Source: Lama glama
Lineage: Eukaryota
NCBI GenBank assembly: GCA_028534125.1
Contig: CM052816.1
Coordinates: 101,930,001-101,994,000, forward strand
DNA: 64,000 bases
Reading direction: 5' to 3'
The position numbers and the translations under genes were made by a program. The number at the start of each line of letters is the position of its first letter. Position 1 is the stretch's first letter. Below the pieces are notes generated by a model. The model was given only the letters and a program-made list of their open reading frames with translations, was not told the DNA's origin and did not search any database. Shown here piece after piece: positions 25,301 to 40,300 of this stretch.

Positions 25301-28300
25301 ACCAGACTGCCCCTCAGTGCTCTCATTTTAATTCAAGTGCAGCGTCTCATAGAGGGAGTGAAAGGTGCGGGCCCAGGACAAAGCCATTGGTCGCCAGCAG
25401 CCACAGGCAGGGAGACCCACACATCGGGAGAGGGTCTGCAGGAACTCACTGAGGGCCACCCCCAGGGAAGGCACCAAGACGACAGACTGCTGGACAGTCA
25501 GGGTGCGATGTCCCCATGGGGACAGAAAGTGCAAGAATGTCAGAGGCAGCAGCACAGCCACCTCAGGATGCCTGCCCTGTGACCACCCCAGGTGACCAAG
25601 GAGCCCAGATGCCCAGTCTTGTGGGGGGCCCTTGATACCTGGGTCACTGCACCCAGGGACAGTAGGAGTGTCTAGGACACAGGATGGGGTCTCAGATGGG
25701 GTGAGGGGAGAACCAGGCAGCTGTGTGGCACAGCCTGTCCACAACCATCAGCTAGGCGGGGGCTTCTCTGGACCCAGCCAGTCACCTCGTCCTGAGAATC
25801 CACAGGCAGCGGACGTTGGGGTGCAAAGAGCAAGCAGAACATGGCAAGGCCTGAGTGGTGGGTGGGGTGGGGGCCGTGGTCACCAAGGCCCCTCCTGCAG
25901 CCCCATGATCAGCCCCACGATACCCCTGGTGGCGACAGCCTAGGATGGGACCATCTGAGGAGGGTCCGTCAGCTAGGCACTTCCATCCCACAAGGTCAAG
26001 GTAACTGTTTAATTCACCACTGTGGCCTTTGCCTCTGGCCAGATTTTATACACAAAAATCAGGATGTGGGGGCAGCAGGCACCCGCCATGGGGCACTGGA
26101 GCCCTTCCTGCAGTTCCCCTGAGCAGGGGCCCCAGGCATGGAGGGGCGTCCACACTGGGCCTCGCTCTGGCCCACTTTCCATCAATAGCCACTTTCTCAG
26201 CCCTGTGGGGGTGAAACCCACACTCCCCAGGAGACTTGCTCTGGGCAGCCGACCTGGTTCCAACCACTCAGGTGCTCTTAAGAGAGGCCTCTTCCTGAAA
26301 GCACCCAGCGATGGTCGTGGGGTCCTGCCCAAGGGGACTGATGGCCGGCTCTGTTTCCTGTGTGTGGAGACCAGGAAGCCACCTCTGAGTCAAAGAAAAC
26401 TTGTCTGGAAAGCTTAGTCTCCCAGCTGGGCTGGTGTGCTAGCCTGTCTACAACCGATCTGTCTGTACCCGGCCCTGCTCTCCACTGGTAGGCTGCTTCG
26501 TTAGGGATTCCCTGCCCCACCCCAGCAGGGGAGGCTGAAGATGCTTCTAAGGGGTGGAGCTTCCTTTGGCCAAAAGTTGCACGGGGAGGGAGAGGTCAGA
26601 GTTCAGGATCACCAAGAGCGTCCTAATCACACACCCTAATCTCTCTGACAGGGTTTAGAGACCTTGGGCCTTGGTGAGAGCTTTGTCCACAAACGTCGAG
26701 CTCCCTGACACACAGCTTCCTGGCCCTGTTCTACCAAAACTGGCACAAGAAGCCTCCGGGAGACTCTGGGTGCCAGCAGCTGGGCATGGGGCTCCAGGGA
26801 GCCCTATGTCACTGAGACCCCTTCTCTCCCAACTCCACAGCCCATTCAACACTTGCCTTTTAAACCTCTCGGTTGTAACTGAGCCCAGGGTGGTGACTGC
26901 AGAAAGAGCACAGCTTTCCGCCTTTCCTCTGACACCTGTCCTCTCTGAAGCCCAGAAAACCTGGCCCACCTGGAATCTGGTCTCATGCTGCAGCCCCACC
27001 TGGAATACTCAGTTGCGGGGCATCCAGGTGAGCCATGACAGACACCCCTGTGATCTGGCCAGAGCCCCCTCCCACACCAGGCATGTCCGGCTTGAAGCCT
27101 CAGGATGCCCACGCCTGGCCCAGTTCCCTACCCCTGTCCACACCAACATTCCCAGAAACCCCTGCTCAAGGTGACCCTGCCTTTCACTGACTCACAATCT
27201 GAGGTGGAGAGGACCCTCAAAACTGACCCCAGGGAACAAGGCCAGACCCCAGGCAGGAAGGGCAGGCGGGAGCACAGAGCAAGCAGATAGCAGTGCCTGG
27301 GGTCCAGGCCGGCCTCACCATGGAAGCAGAGTGCAGATGTGGGCAAGAAGCATTCCAGGGATTCCTTCTGCCTTCCTGCAGGGCCCCCCCAGTCCCCCAC
27401 AATGGCCAGAGGCTGTCCAGGAACCCACAAGGAGGACAGGGTGGGGCCAGGGTCTGGGTGCCTGGGTGCCTGGGATGGGGGCAATCAGCTGAGAACAGCA
27501 AGTCCGGCAGAGCCCAGTGGGCTAAGCAGGTGTCGGTGTGGGCTAGGTCCTGGGAGGAAGTGCCCTGGGGGCACGAGGGGCTGTCCCACTGGGCACACCC
27601 CTCCTCCAGCAGCAAGAGAGGGCGGAGCTGGAGCTGGCTTACAGACTGATAATCAGCCCATTGTGTTTAACTCCTACAGCCTGAGAGCATGTCCCAGCGG
27701 GCAGGCCCCAGAAAGCCGCACATTCCAGCCTGCCATCCACAGTGCACACTGAGCAAACCCCAGGGGAGGACAAGGGGACCGGACTGCACTCTGTGCCTCG
27801 GTCTCCCCACATGCACACACACACACATACATGTACACACACAGAACAGTGCCCTGCACCTTCACCTCCCTGCACACATGCACATGCACACACACGTGTA
27901 CACACATGAGCACGAGGCACAGGCATGTACACAAACACTCAGCACGCCCACACTTACCTCACTCCTGCCGTGCACCTCCCTGGACTCTACCTCTCACTTC
28001 TGCAGCCTTGTTTTTCATCGAGAGCTGCTCTCGGCCACTCTGCAGTGGGAGGAGCCATTGGACAGAACTCCAGAAACGCAGGGAGACGGCAGAGACAGTC
28101 ATGAGAAAATACTGTCTAACTCGAAACTTTTAAAAGTGCAGTGTGTAATGAAATACTACATTATTAAATACTACATAGTTATTAAATTATGATATTAAAC
28201 ACTGCATACAATTTTTTCTATCAGACTAAAAACAAAAAAGTGTTAAAATAAATAGACATGCAAATGTTAAAAAACAACTTTGTATTTAAGCCTAAGGTGT

Positions 28301-31300
28301 TTTTAAAATCTCAAAAGCAAAATTTCAATCTAAGGACCAGGACCTTCATCTGAAAATACAAGTGCTGGACGGGGCCCCACCGGTGTTTTTCTCAGGAAAG
28401 GAAGCAGACTAGGCTATTCCCAGCTCTTCCATATTCAAACTAAGGGTCCGTAAATTTCATAGCAGCGAGTAGAGCCTCTGAAGGAGCCTGTTGTCTGAGC
28501 TCCTTGCTTTCCTTTCTGATACTAACAGCACGGGTCTTGTGTGGATGTTGATCAGGACTCCTGCATCCACGACTTCCTTCCTGGACTAGACCTGCCACAG
28601 CTCTGTCAGTGAGCCATGGCAACACTGCTAAGGTTACCGGCCTGTGGAGGAAGCAGCAGGCCTAAAAGAGATGTGGTCTTTAATTAAACATATTGCAGGT
28701 GTCCAGACAGATGCAGAAGGCAGCTGTCTCCAGGGAAATTCTGGTTCCTCTGAGCAGATGCCCAGGAGTTGGTTTCTAAGGATTCAGTGAACTATGAATC
28801 AGGCAGGGGCTTCGTAACAAGGAGTAGAAATACTGCCAGACTCTGGAAGCAGCCTTGGCAGCCCCTGTCACCTGCCAGTCTTAGATGCCGGCAGGTCCCC
28901 ACGTCCGAGATGCACACAGGAGCTGCTCTAGTGACGTCCCTGTGTGAAGGGCCCCAAGGGTGGGAGGCGTCCGTTCTACAGGGGACTGGAGGTTTAGGAT
29001 GGCCTTGCTGCAGCTGCCTCTGAATGGAGGGCCCGGGGACAAGATCCACATTGGTGTGGCCTGCCTGTCCTGGGCTGAGGAGGCAGGAGCTGGACCACCC
29101 AGTCCAGCCTCCAGTTTTGGGCCTTTCCTGGGCTGAGGTCTTCTCTCTCTGGCCAGTGCTCCCGGCACTGATCCCAGGCTGTTGTGGCTCACTGCACACC
29201 CTCCACAGACACTTCTCAGCCTCCCTAACCCAGGAGAGCTCTCTTGTAAGCTCAGACTCTCACTTAGCGCTTAGCTGTCCTCTGGGCCCATGTCTCCAAA
29301 ACCAGGGTCTGCTCCCAGCCAGTGCACCATGTGGTCGCCCGGACCGTTCACGGAGTTGAGTTACACCTACAGCATCTTTAGAAGAGGGAGGCAGGAAAAT
29401 GCCTGACCAAATCTTATGACCAAGACGCTCAGGCTCTAAAGGAGCTGAATTTACATGGAAGACCCTTCTGAGGAACACCTGTCCTGCAGGGTGCTGGACA
29501 GAGAGGACCTGCCTTCCACATGGGCACGGAGCCGGCAGAAAGCCCCCCACCTTCTGTGGGGACAGTTATCCACGGATCCCTGCCTCCCTGGGAGGATGGC
29601 ATGCCCCCACCCACTGGCATCAGGAGTGGCTCCTGGCAAGGAAACGTGGTGGCAGTGCACACACGGTTTGAGCAGAAGCTCTGCAAGCAGACCCATGCTC
29701 CGCCTCGAACCCCTCCCTCTGCCGCGAGCTGGGCAGCACCCCAGATCCCAGATGAAGCTGATGTGATGCCCTCTGGGAGCCAGGGCATTGGTGACTGCAG
29801 CATCTGGGACCCCTCCCACGAGGGTAGCCACACCCACACTGAGGTGCCCTCCTGATAAGTGTACCTGCAGGACCAGCTGTGTGCAGACAACGTGGGTGCA
29901 TCCTGAGCTGGAGCTTTCTGGTGGACTTAGCCTGGGGGGTGGGTGGGAGCAGAACCCTGGGCTCCAGCCTCCCTGTTGGCTTGTTGGCTCTAGGTGTTTG
30001 TATTTCCAGGGGTGGGGGGACTGACAGTGTTCCAGAAACATCTCCACACTGAGTTTCTTCATCCACAGACTTTGTTTTTTCATGGTACCAACACTTCTCA
30101 GTTTTCAGGGCCAAATTAGGATGATGCCAAAACAAAGGAGCTATTTCAGGGTTCAAGCTTCAGGGCTGTACTTTCTGTAACAGGCCTTGCAGGTGAATCC
30201 AGAAAATAATGATTCCAAATAAACCCTGAAAATGTCTTCTCTGAATTTACACATGACTTACTGAGGCTGCATCACGCTATCCCTGACTGATAATTCTAAA
30301 GCTGGCGTGTAATCACTGGAAATCCACCAGCGCTGGACACTCTGCCAGCGGGGAGCTGGTACGCCGCTTCTCTGGGGCTGAGAGGATAGAGGCTGCACTT
30401 CCTTTATTCTCCTCCTGCATCAGATGCCCCAGTCCACCCCCGAGTCCACCCTGAGCAAGGAAGGCTTACATCCCATCTACTTCGCCTTAAAACTGATCCT
30501 CGCTCCTCAGGCCCACCCAGACTCCAGACCAGCGCGAGGCTTAGGGACTCGCTGAGACTAGCTGGCTGGCAGTGTGGTGGGCAGAGGCTGCTCTGTGGGA
30601 AGGACTCGGGACCCTCCCCCACACCTGCCCATCGAGCCCCGCAGGTCCCTGGCATGTGTCCGGGGGACCGAGGTGTGAGGAAGAGGCCAGGCCCGGCACT
30701 CGCGTGGTCTCACCTCTGCTCCCTCAGCTGTTACACGGAGTGGCTGCAAGGACGGAGGGCTGGACCTCAGGAGGGGCCCTGGCCACGCAGGTGCCAAGTG
30801 GGCATCTGAGAGGGCCCACCAGAGGCTCTCTTCTAGGGACAAGCAGCGGACCTGCACCCTCCCTGCCAACACGCCCTGCAGCCCTCAGCTCCAAAGCCAC
30901 AGGCCTTTTATCAACACGATTCCCTTTTCTGTTCAAGCAAGATCTCATTTTTCCATTTTAATCATGTTTTAAGGGGCCTGCTTTCCTATCCAGGCTTGGC
31001 ATTAAACAAATCACAAACAGAAGCAACCTTAGGTTAGACAACAAAATCAAATAAACATAACTTCTCAAGCATTTCTAAAACCAGCCCTCCCCGGACAGAA
31101 CATCAGAGTGCCTTCCCTCAGAGGTGGGGAAGCCGAGTGGGCAGGTGGGGGCCATTTCCTGCTGGCCACTCTCCCACAGGAGCTGCACACCTGGACTGCC
31201 TGCCTCTCTTCCTGCACACCTTCTTCTGCTGCAGGCTAGGCCTAGGAGGCTGCATCAATTTTGCAGGCATGAAGGTGGCCCCTCTCTTACCCCTGAGTCC

Positions 31301-34300
31301 GCCCGACTTCACAGAATTGGCTTGTTTTATCTTCTGGTGAGTCGCCCTCCACCAGATGCGCTCAGACTCTTCCTCTGGGCGCTCTCTGCAGAGGCTGCCT
31401 CTCAGCCTCCACCCAGCAGACGGGGTACCAGGACGTCAGCAGGGGTGTGGGGGGCACCCTGGTGACCTCCAGCTCTCTACCTGATGCTCAGGGGCCGGCA
31501 AACCACGGAACCAGTGCTTGAGGAAAAAAACACTAGTCAATGACATGTGAAAATTATCTGAAATTCAAATTTTAGCGGCCATAAGTAAAGTTCATTGGAA
31601 TGCAGCAACCCTCGTTCTGTGTATTGCCCACGGTCACTGCTGTGACACAGCCAGAGGTGAGGAGTTAGGACCCAGACCCAATGGTCCCTCAAAGCCTCAG
31701 CTGCTTTCTGTCCGGCCCTTCACTGCAAGCCTGCTGACCCCACCTCCGGGGAGGAACCCCTGCAAGGCTGCGAGGGGCATGAGAACAGAGGACAAGGCAG
31801 CCCCCACTCTGCCTCCTGAGCCGAGTCCCATGGGCCCCAGCTACCTCTGGGTGAAGACATGGAGGAGCAAGTGCTGTGTTAACACCACCATTCTCTGACC
31901 CAACACAAATTCCAAATGACTGACGGTGACATGGAATCCCTCCTTATTTCACTCTGTGCTTGGAGGCTGGGCAGTTAGTGGTCTGAGCCTGAGGCTGAGG
32001 GGATGGCCACCCACTGCCTCTGTCTCTGGGGGCTTGCTGATTTCTCCTCATGGTCAAGTGCATGGAAAACGTCTAAAAGCAGTTATCCTTTCTCGCACTT
32101 CATGGCCTCATCAAGGAGCTCAAAACCCAGGAGCTGTGGAGTCCTGGGAGGAGCCTCCCACGCAGCATTACCCTTCGGTAATGATGGACACACAGGAAGT
32201 CCTTGCTCATGTTCACTTGGTCTCTGCCCAGGACAGAAGCAGCTACAAACACAAGGTCCCGGATCCAGGCTTTCCCAGGGCTCAGGAGCCCACTGTGCCA
32301 GCAGTGACCAGGGAGTGACCCCACCTTACTGCTCACCTGCTGATCCTGCAGTGGTCGGTCAACACACACGGCCCCACCCTCAGTGTGAAGGGGAAACGGA
32401 CCTACCAAAGAAGTAAAGGAAGCGAGGGGCAGGTGTGGAGGTGCAGAGGATGAAGAGGCTGGCCAGGGCGGGCTGGTCTCCGGGCTGAGGCCAGGGCGGG
32501 CTGGGGGACACCACAAGTAAATGTCAACCAGTTCTGTATCAGCGGTGGCACAAAGCCCCCAGACTTCTGCTTATCTGCTTTCTTTGTTTGTCAATGGAAG
32601 ATTACTCTGAATCTAACCCACCAATTAGTCCACAAGGGTAACAGTGTATTTCATCTTGAAAGGACTTCAAAGCTTTTTATTTTTTAATACAAAATGCAAA
32701 CTGACAATGAAATACTGGTTTTTAAGGCAGTTTGGGTGAACTTAGTTCTTTAGTTCTTTCAGTTCTTTGAAGGTGCCCGATAAAAAGTGTGTAAAACTGA
32801 TGTTAACCACCATCAGCACAGACTGGTGTCCTCATGCTGAAATATGCTTTCAGCTGGAAGTAAGAGTTTTGTTTATTCTAAACCATGGCTAAACCAGAAA
32901 AGATCGTGTCAACCTAAAAAAAAAATCTCCTGTAGTTTTAATGACAACAAACTTAGCTTTCCTACCCTGGTTCCTCCATTCAGATGCAGTACAGGCAGAG
33001 TGCGAGTGAGCAAGGAGGCTTGTGGGCGAGCTTGGGCTGCTCGGCCAAGGCGCATCTGTTGTCTCTGCATCCATACTTACAGTTCTTTCGGAGAAACATG
33101 GGTAACAGCCTTTCTTTCCCGCTTAATGCATCTAGAAAACCCTTTGGCAGGAGAGAAAAGTGCTCCTGAAATTTTTCAGCTCAGTCAGATGTGTGCTTCT
33201 CATGCGTGAAGATGAAAACTTATTTTCATCCCTCCAAGTTTTTGTCGTCCTTTTTCGTTCACCTCACTGTTAAACTGAGCCAAACCAGAACAACTTCAAA
33301 AGCAGATTAAGTTTCCTTTTGTCTGAGCCCAGCCGCTTGGCCGGTGTCTGCCTGGTATCCTGGCTTCAGCCAGCACACCTGGCCTCCCCACACCGTTCAC
33401 ATGTTTCCCACAGAGAAACAGCTAATTCCAAGTGACACTCTTGATGGACGATTGGAACTATTTCTCTAAACTGTAGATGTGACAGCAGACTTCACCTAAA
33501 TCACCAATTGCAAGTTTGTGTTTTTGGTTTTTTCACACTTTCGGATTACATTCCTACACAGACAAGAGCATCAGATACAACGCGGTAAGTGGGAGTGTGA
33601 CAGTTTATGTTTGCACTACTAGTTTTAAGTGTTAAATAACATCTTTCCAAACCATCCTGAGTGGGGACCCCCGACACAGCTGTGAGCAAAGTTGGGGTCA
33701 GTCTGATGTGGGCTCTTCAAACGGGAGTGCAGGAGTCCCAGGAAAGTGCTCCTCTGCCTGGCAGTGCCTTGAAGGCGGCTGATTACAGGTCCTGATTTGA
33801 TATTAACCATTAAGGTACGAAGCCCACAATTTCTGGTGTTACTGGAAAACCACAGATATGCTTTTAAATTACCCCTGATTCTGTGCTTTCCTAAAGGACC
33901 TCGTGACTTAGACTTAATCTTCAGCTTTGGTGGGACAGATGTTGACTGCTGACCCTGGGCTGAGGTTGTCGGGAATCTCTGCTGGGCCTGGGCTGAAGCA
34001 CCTTTGGTTTTCAGAAAGAAGGTGGAGTGGAGGCTCTAAGTTTGCAGAAGTTCTGGCAGGGAAAGCTCTACAGGGCTAGCTCATGAGGCGACACTGGGAT
34101 GCAGGAAGGCAGAGGGAAGCGGCAGCACAGTTAAGCAAAATTTGCACCCCCACCCCTCCAAAGTACCTTTATGCATGATAAGAACAGCAAAGCAGGCAGT
34201 TTAAGGAAAAATCTGTGATGAGTGTACTTGGAGTGTTCAGCAGTGATTTTGCCTCCCCAGCCCCAAGAAAGTGACCACAAAGCACAAGGTCCCAGGCACA

Positions 34301-37300
34301 GGCAGGTGGGTGAGTGTGGCTGCTGCAATGTGAGTGGGTGGTGGGTTTCCAACGTGGGGGCCTGAGAGAGGGACAGAGAAAGACGTGCCACATGACACTG
34401 GTGGGATCTTGAGTCTGGTGATGAGGCTGAGCCTGGAGCCCCAAACCACACTCAGAACGGCCTGACAGGGGCTTACGACTCCTGGAGTCCACACAGGAGA
34501 GCCCTAGGGTTGAACACAGGAGAGCAGAGTCAGTGCAAATGAGAAGCATCAGTGGCTGCCAGGCTGAGTGTGGGCAGCTGACCAGGCAGAGCTGCCGGGT
34601 GCTGGCTCGTGAAGACAGGGTGCAGCCCCGCCTGCTGATGGTCCAGCTGGCTCCATGTGGGGGCTCCCTGGGGACTGACTGGGGGCCATGTAGGCAGCAG
34701 GTCTACACTGCCCAGCTGAGGTGCTCACACTGGGAGTCACACACTTGGTCCAGGGGGGAAGTTGGCAGACACCTGTCCATAAGTGTCCCCCATCCACGGT
34801 GGAGAGCGACCCTCATTGTTCAGAACGCCATCTCCAGGAGGCAGTGATGCCCCAAGTCATAGGCCAGAGTCCTGTCCAGGGCTTCCCACGTAGTCCAGGT
34901 TTTCACTTGTGATTAAGGCAATAGCTCTCTTTTCGCCTCAAAATGTTTCAACTTGGACAACAAGTGATAGACCCACTCTGCTTGTAACATAGGTTTCCTT
35001 GAGCCCATAAAGTGACAGTTCTCAGCTCAAGTAACCAAAGTTTAATCCTGAATCTTCATTTTGATTGGTACCACTAATGAGTACACCATCGAACAAAAGG
35101 TTGGGGTGGGTGAAGGTTGAGGTGGGGCGGAGGTTGGGGTGGAGGGGAGTGAGGAGTTTGGTTTTTTTTTTTTGTAGTTTCCAGTTATAATTCTATTTAA
35201 AACCAATTCAGGATATTTTGAACACCCACTTAATCAAGACTCTACTTGAAGCGCTGTCACTGCTGGGTCTGCACATCCGTTCAATGGCTCAGGAGTTTAA
35301 TTAGACAGTAGTAAACATTTGACATCTGTGCCTTCAGATGATGGTGTTTCAAGTGCAAAAGACCTGACCCAGGCTGCTGAATCCTCACAAGGATCCACAG
35401 GCACTGGTACCTGTTAGACACTGCTTAAGCATTTTACAGGGATTCACCTCACAGCACTCCTTCCCCAGTGGCTTGTTTCCCAGTTGCTACATTTTGAAGT
35501 CTTAAAAATTAGTCTTAAACTTCTGCAGATTTCCTAGTAATTTTATGTTTCGGCCTTGAAACAATTTGTTTTTAAAGAGGTCACCTCTTATTTCAAAACT
35601 TACATTCTTAAAATGTATTTTTACTTGCACAGCAAAGGAAACCATAAGCAAAACAAAAAGACAACTTATGGGACAGGAGAAAATATTTGCAAGACTGACA
35701 AGGGCTTAATTTCCAAAATATATAAACAACTCATACAACTTAATAAGAAAAAAACAAACAACTCCATCCAAAAATGGACAGAAGACCTAAACAAGCAATT
35801 CTCCAATGAAGACATACAAATGGCCAATAGGCATATGAAAAAATGCTCAGTATCACTAATTATCAGAGAAATGCAAATCAAAACTACAATGAGGTATCAC
35901 CTCACACCAGTCAGAATGGCCATCATTCAAAAGTCTACAAACAATAAATGCTGGAGAGGGTGTGGAGAAAAGGGAACCCTCCTACACTGCTGGTGGGAAT
36001 GTAGTTTGGTGCAGCCATTATGGAAAACAGTATGGAGATTCCTCAAAAGACTAAAAATAGACTTACCATATGATCCGGCAATCCCATTTCTGGGCATATA
36101 TCCAGAGGGAACCTTAATTCAAAAAGATACATGCACCCCAATGTTCATAGCAGAACTATTTACAATAGCCAAGACATGGAAATAACCCAAATGTCCACTG
36201 ACCAATGACTAGATAAAGAAGTTGTGGTATATTTATACAATGGAATACTACTCAGCCATGAAAAATAATAAAATAATGCCATTTGCAGCAACATGGATGG
36301 ACCTGGAGATTGTCATTCTAAGTGAAGGAAGCCAGAAAGAGAAAGAAAAATACCATAAGATATCACTTATATGTGGAATCTGAAAAAACAAATGACAAAC
36401 GAGCTTATTTACAAAACAGAAACAGACTCAGAGAGGTAGAAAACTAACATGGTTACCAGGCGGAAGGTGGTGGGAAGGGATAAATTGGGAGTTTGAGATT
36501 TACAGATACTAACAAATATATATAAAATAGATAAACAACAAGTTTATACGGTATAGCACAGGGAACTATATTCAATATCTTGTGGTAACTTATGGTTAAA
36601 AAGAGTATGAAAATAAATATATGTATGTTCATGTATGACTGACGCATTATGCTGTACACCAGAAATTGACACAACATTATAAACTAACTATACTCCAATT
36701 AAAATTATATATATATACTTGAAAAAAGTATTCTTGCATAATATAATGAAATTTAAAAGCAGAGTTATAACATTTGTTCCAAATCCTCAACAAAATACTA
36801 AGAAACCAAATCTAACAGCATATTACAAGGATTACTCACCATGACAAAGTGGGATTTATCCCAGGAATGCAAGGGTGGTTCAACAACCAATCAAAATAAT
36901 ATTCTATGTTAATAGAACATAGAGAAAAAACCCTATAATCATCTCAAATAATGCAGAAAAAGCATTTGACAAACTCCAACACTCATTCATGATAAAAAAA
37001 AAACTCTCAGAAAACTAGGAATAGAAAGTACCTTCCTCAACATGATAAAAAGGCACTTCACAGCTAACTTTACACTCAGTAGTTAAAGACTGAAAGGTTT
37101 TCCTCTAACATTAGAAACCAGTCAAGGATGCTAACTTTCTCCACTGCTATGCAACACTGCCCTTAAAGTTCTAGCCAGAGTAATTGGGCAAGGAAAAAAA
37201 ATTGAAGGCATCCAATTTAGAAATGAAGAAGTAAAACTATCTCTACTTGCAGATGACATGATCTTACATACAGAAAATCCCAAATTAAAATCCACAAGAT

Positions 37301-40300
37301 AGCTACTAGAGCTAATAAATAGATTCAGCAAAGTTGCAGGGTACAAGATCAACATGCAAAAATCACTTATGTTTCTCTACACCAGCAATGAAATTAAGAA
37401 AATAGTTTCCATTATATAATGGCATCTAAAAAGAGTGAAATATCAAGAAATACATTTAACCAAAGAGATAAATGATTTGTACACTGAAACCTACAAAACA
37501 TTGCTGGGAGAAGTTAGAGTCAGAAACTTTTAAATGCATGATCATAGCAGCATCATTCACAAAACCTAAAAGATGGAAACAGTCCAAATGTCCATCAACA
37601 GATAAATGAAAAAACCAAATGTGGTCCATCCGTGCAACAGAATATTATTCAGCCATAAAAAGGAATGAAGTTCTGATAATGCTGCAATGTGGATGAACCT
37701 TGAGGACTTGTGCTCAGTGAAGTAACCCAGTTGCAAAACGACAGATACTGTGTGAGCCCATTCACAGAGGCACTTAGTGTAGCACAGTCATAAAGACAGA
37801 AAGCAGAATGGTGGTTGCCAGGGTCTGGGGGCAGGGCAGCGTGAGGAGCTGTTGTTCAGCAGGCGTAGAGTTTCAGATTTACAACTTGGAGAAGCCATGG
37901 AGACAGATGGTGGTGATGGCAGCAAAACAATGTGAATGTATCTAACATCACTGAACTGTACCCTTAAAATGGCTTAGGTGGCAAATTTCATGTTATACGT
38001 ATTTTAACACAACAAAAGGTCCCATATTTTATGATTCCATTTATATGGAATATTCAGAGTGGAAAAATTCATAGAGACAGAGAGCACAGTAGTGCTTCCA
38101 GGGGCTGGGGAGAGAGTGGAATGAAAGAAAGTGCTTCATGGCTGTGGGGTTTTGCTTTCGGGTGTTGGAATCTTGGAACTAGACAGGCGTGGTGGCTGCA
38201 CAATATTGTGAATGGATTAAATGCCACTGAATTGTTTGCTTTAAATGGCTAAATTTGTGTTGTGTGAATTTAACCCCATTAAAATTAAAATGAAAATTAG
38301 TTCCAGCACCTTCCAGAAATCGGGATGACACTTCTCTCCTCATTTGTTGCTGTTGTTGCTCGCTGTCCCCAGCAGCCTTCCACATGCTCTTCCTGTTTGA
38401 ACATGTGCTTTGGGAGAGGTCACACTGGTCTCCAAGGCTGGTCTGCTCAGGCCAACGTCACCGTGACTCTCTGGGCTGCCGTCACAGACTGCTGGTGTCT
38501 CTGGACAGGCAAGAATCAGTCCGAGAACTGAACACTCTGCGTTACCAGGCCTGGTGCTCTGGGCTAGCTAAGTGCTTGCTCCAATGAAGTCTTCTTTCGT
38601 CCTTCTGATTAAGCCATAGAGAGAGTTCTGGGACCCTTGAACTCAAGTGGAGTTCATGACATGTTGATCTTGGCACTTGTACAAAGCATTTCTTTAAAAA
38701 GCTACCCGAACACATTGTTAAAATAGCACATAATCGTAGTTGCAATTCCTCTCCCTTGGGGATATCTTTGTGTATCAGCATATCTTGAAGACAGCTTCAC
38801 AAACATCTTTCCTTAAATGATTTGACAGAAAAATGATAACTCGATCTTTTTATCTCCCATTTGTATGAAACTCTTCCTCTCTATTACAGACTCACAGAAT
38901 CACAGAATAATAGACACTATCCTAAGCACATTGTAATGTGATTGTCTTCCCCATTCTAAGGATGGTGAGGTTGAGGGGCTTCCTTGCCCACCCACCCAGT
39001 GTGGGAGCCAGGACTGATCCCAGGCCACACTGGCCACATAGCCTGCATCCCCAACCATCGAGCCCTCTGCCTCCGTCCACACTGCCTGATGTCTCAATCT
39101 AGCCAGGGACAGAGCCCAAGAGCTCTCAGAAACTCATTCCAACCTCCTCACTCTCCGGGCAAGGTCACCTGATGGCCCGCAGCTAATTCCAGGTCAGAGC
39201 ATTTCTATCAAACCACTTGGCAATAAAGTCCCAGAAAATTAATGCAGGCATTTCTTCTCCTCTGCTCTGTGGCATCATCATCCCCACCTCAAAAACCACA
39301 CGCAAAGCACATGCATTACGTCACACCAGGTCTTGCCAAGCCGTTTGCTGCAAGCATCCTGGGCCTTATTTTCCATATCACACTTGGACAAGTTGTTTCC
39401 CAGAATCAGCTGTAACCTGGCACTGCTACTTTATTCTTAAAAGTCTCAGGAATCATGCTAGCTCAGGCCACAGGGCAAGCTGTGCATCAGTGCCACCCCA
39501 GAGGCCAGCACTGGGCGGGGGGTGAGAGTGAGCTTCAGGGTCGTCACCATGTTGAGCACCTGCTGTGTGCCATGCACTATTCCAGGCACCAGAGAAACAG
39601 GGGAATGAAATAAAGCCAGTGCCACCTGGGGAGACAGGCAACTGAGGAGTCAGGCACAAGGTGATGTGGCTTCAAATCCTGTCTGGAGAAACCAGGCAGG
39701 GAAGGGCCTGGGGGCGGGGAATGCTGCAGAGGGGGCTTTCTGAGGCTGAAGCCTACCAGGGTTGGGGGTCCCAGGTTGTGCGGCTGCAGGCAGGTGAGAC
39801 TTCTCCAGGAGAATTCACCTCCTGGGGGTGCACATACTCATTACCTGGCAAACTTGAACAATTCTAGTGCAGAACTTTGAATTAATTCCTGTCCCAAACC
39901 ATTGTTGGCATTAGATTTAATCCCTGTCCCAGGTCTCAGAAACAGACGTAGTTTTAATGTCATATAGAAGAAATTCACCACAAAGTATCTTTTGCACAAC
40001 CTGATTCTCTCACCTTGGGGGAAAATTCTGTAAGGTTATACGATGTCTAGAAGTATCTGAAAGCTCTGTCTTTGAGAGCTTGGGCCCAGGTGTCAACTGA
40101 GACACCTGGAAAGTTGTCCCAGACATCAGCACAGAGGCAGCCCTCAACTCAGGAACGTTCAGGTAAGCGATGACCTAGGTTTCCTTTCAAGAAGCACCTA
40201 CACATCCATTTTAAAATTAGAGCCTTTGTAGCTCCAAGAGGTGGGTGGGGCACAGGTTCTTCCTGTAAACAAACAGACAACCTCCAAGAGGCTGAACTTC

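Noticed and set aside
29451..30156. Minus-strand ORFs of 178 and 210 aa in intron 1
   Set aside because: No homology recognised and only a weak donor (CAG|gtacac).
35556..36185. 209-aa ORF as a host gene or active retrotransposon
   Set aside because: It is only the C-terminal part of L1 ORF2 in a 5'-truncated copy; the same applies to 16258-16910 and 46248-46703.
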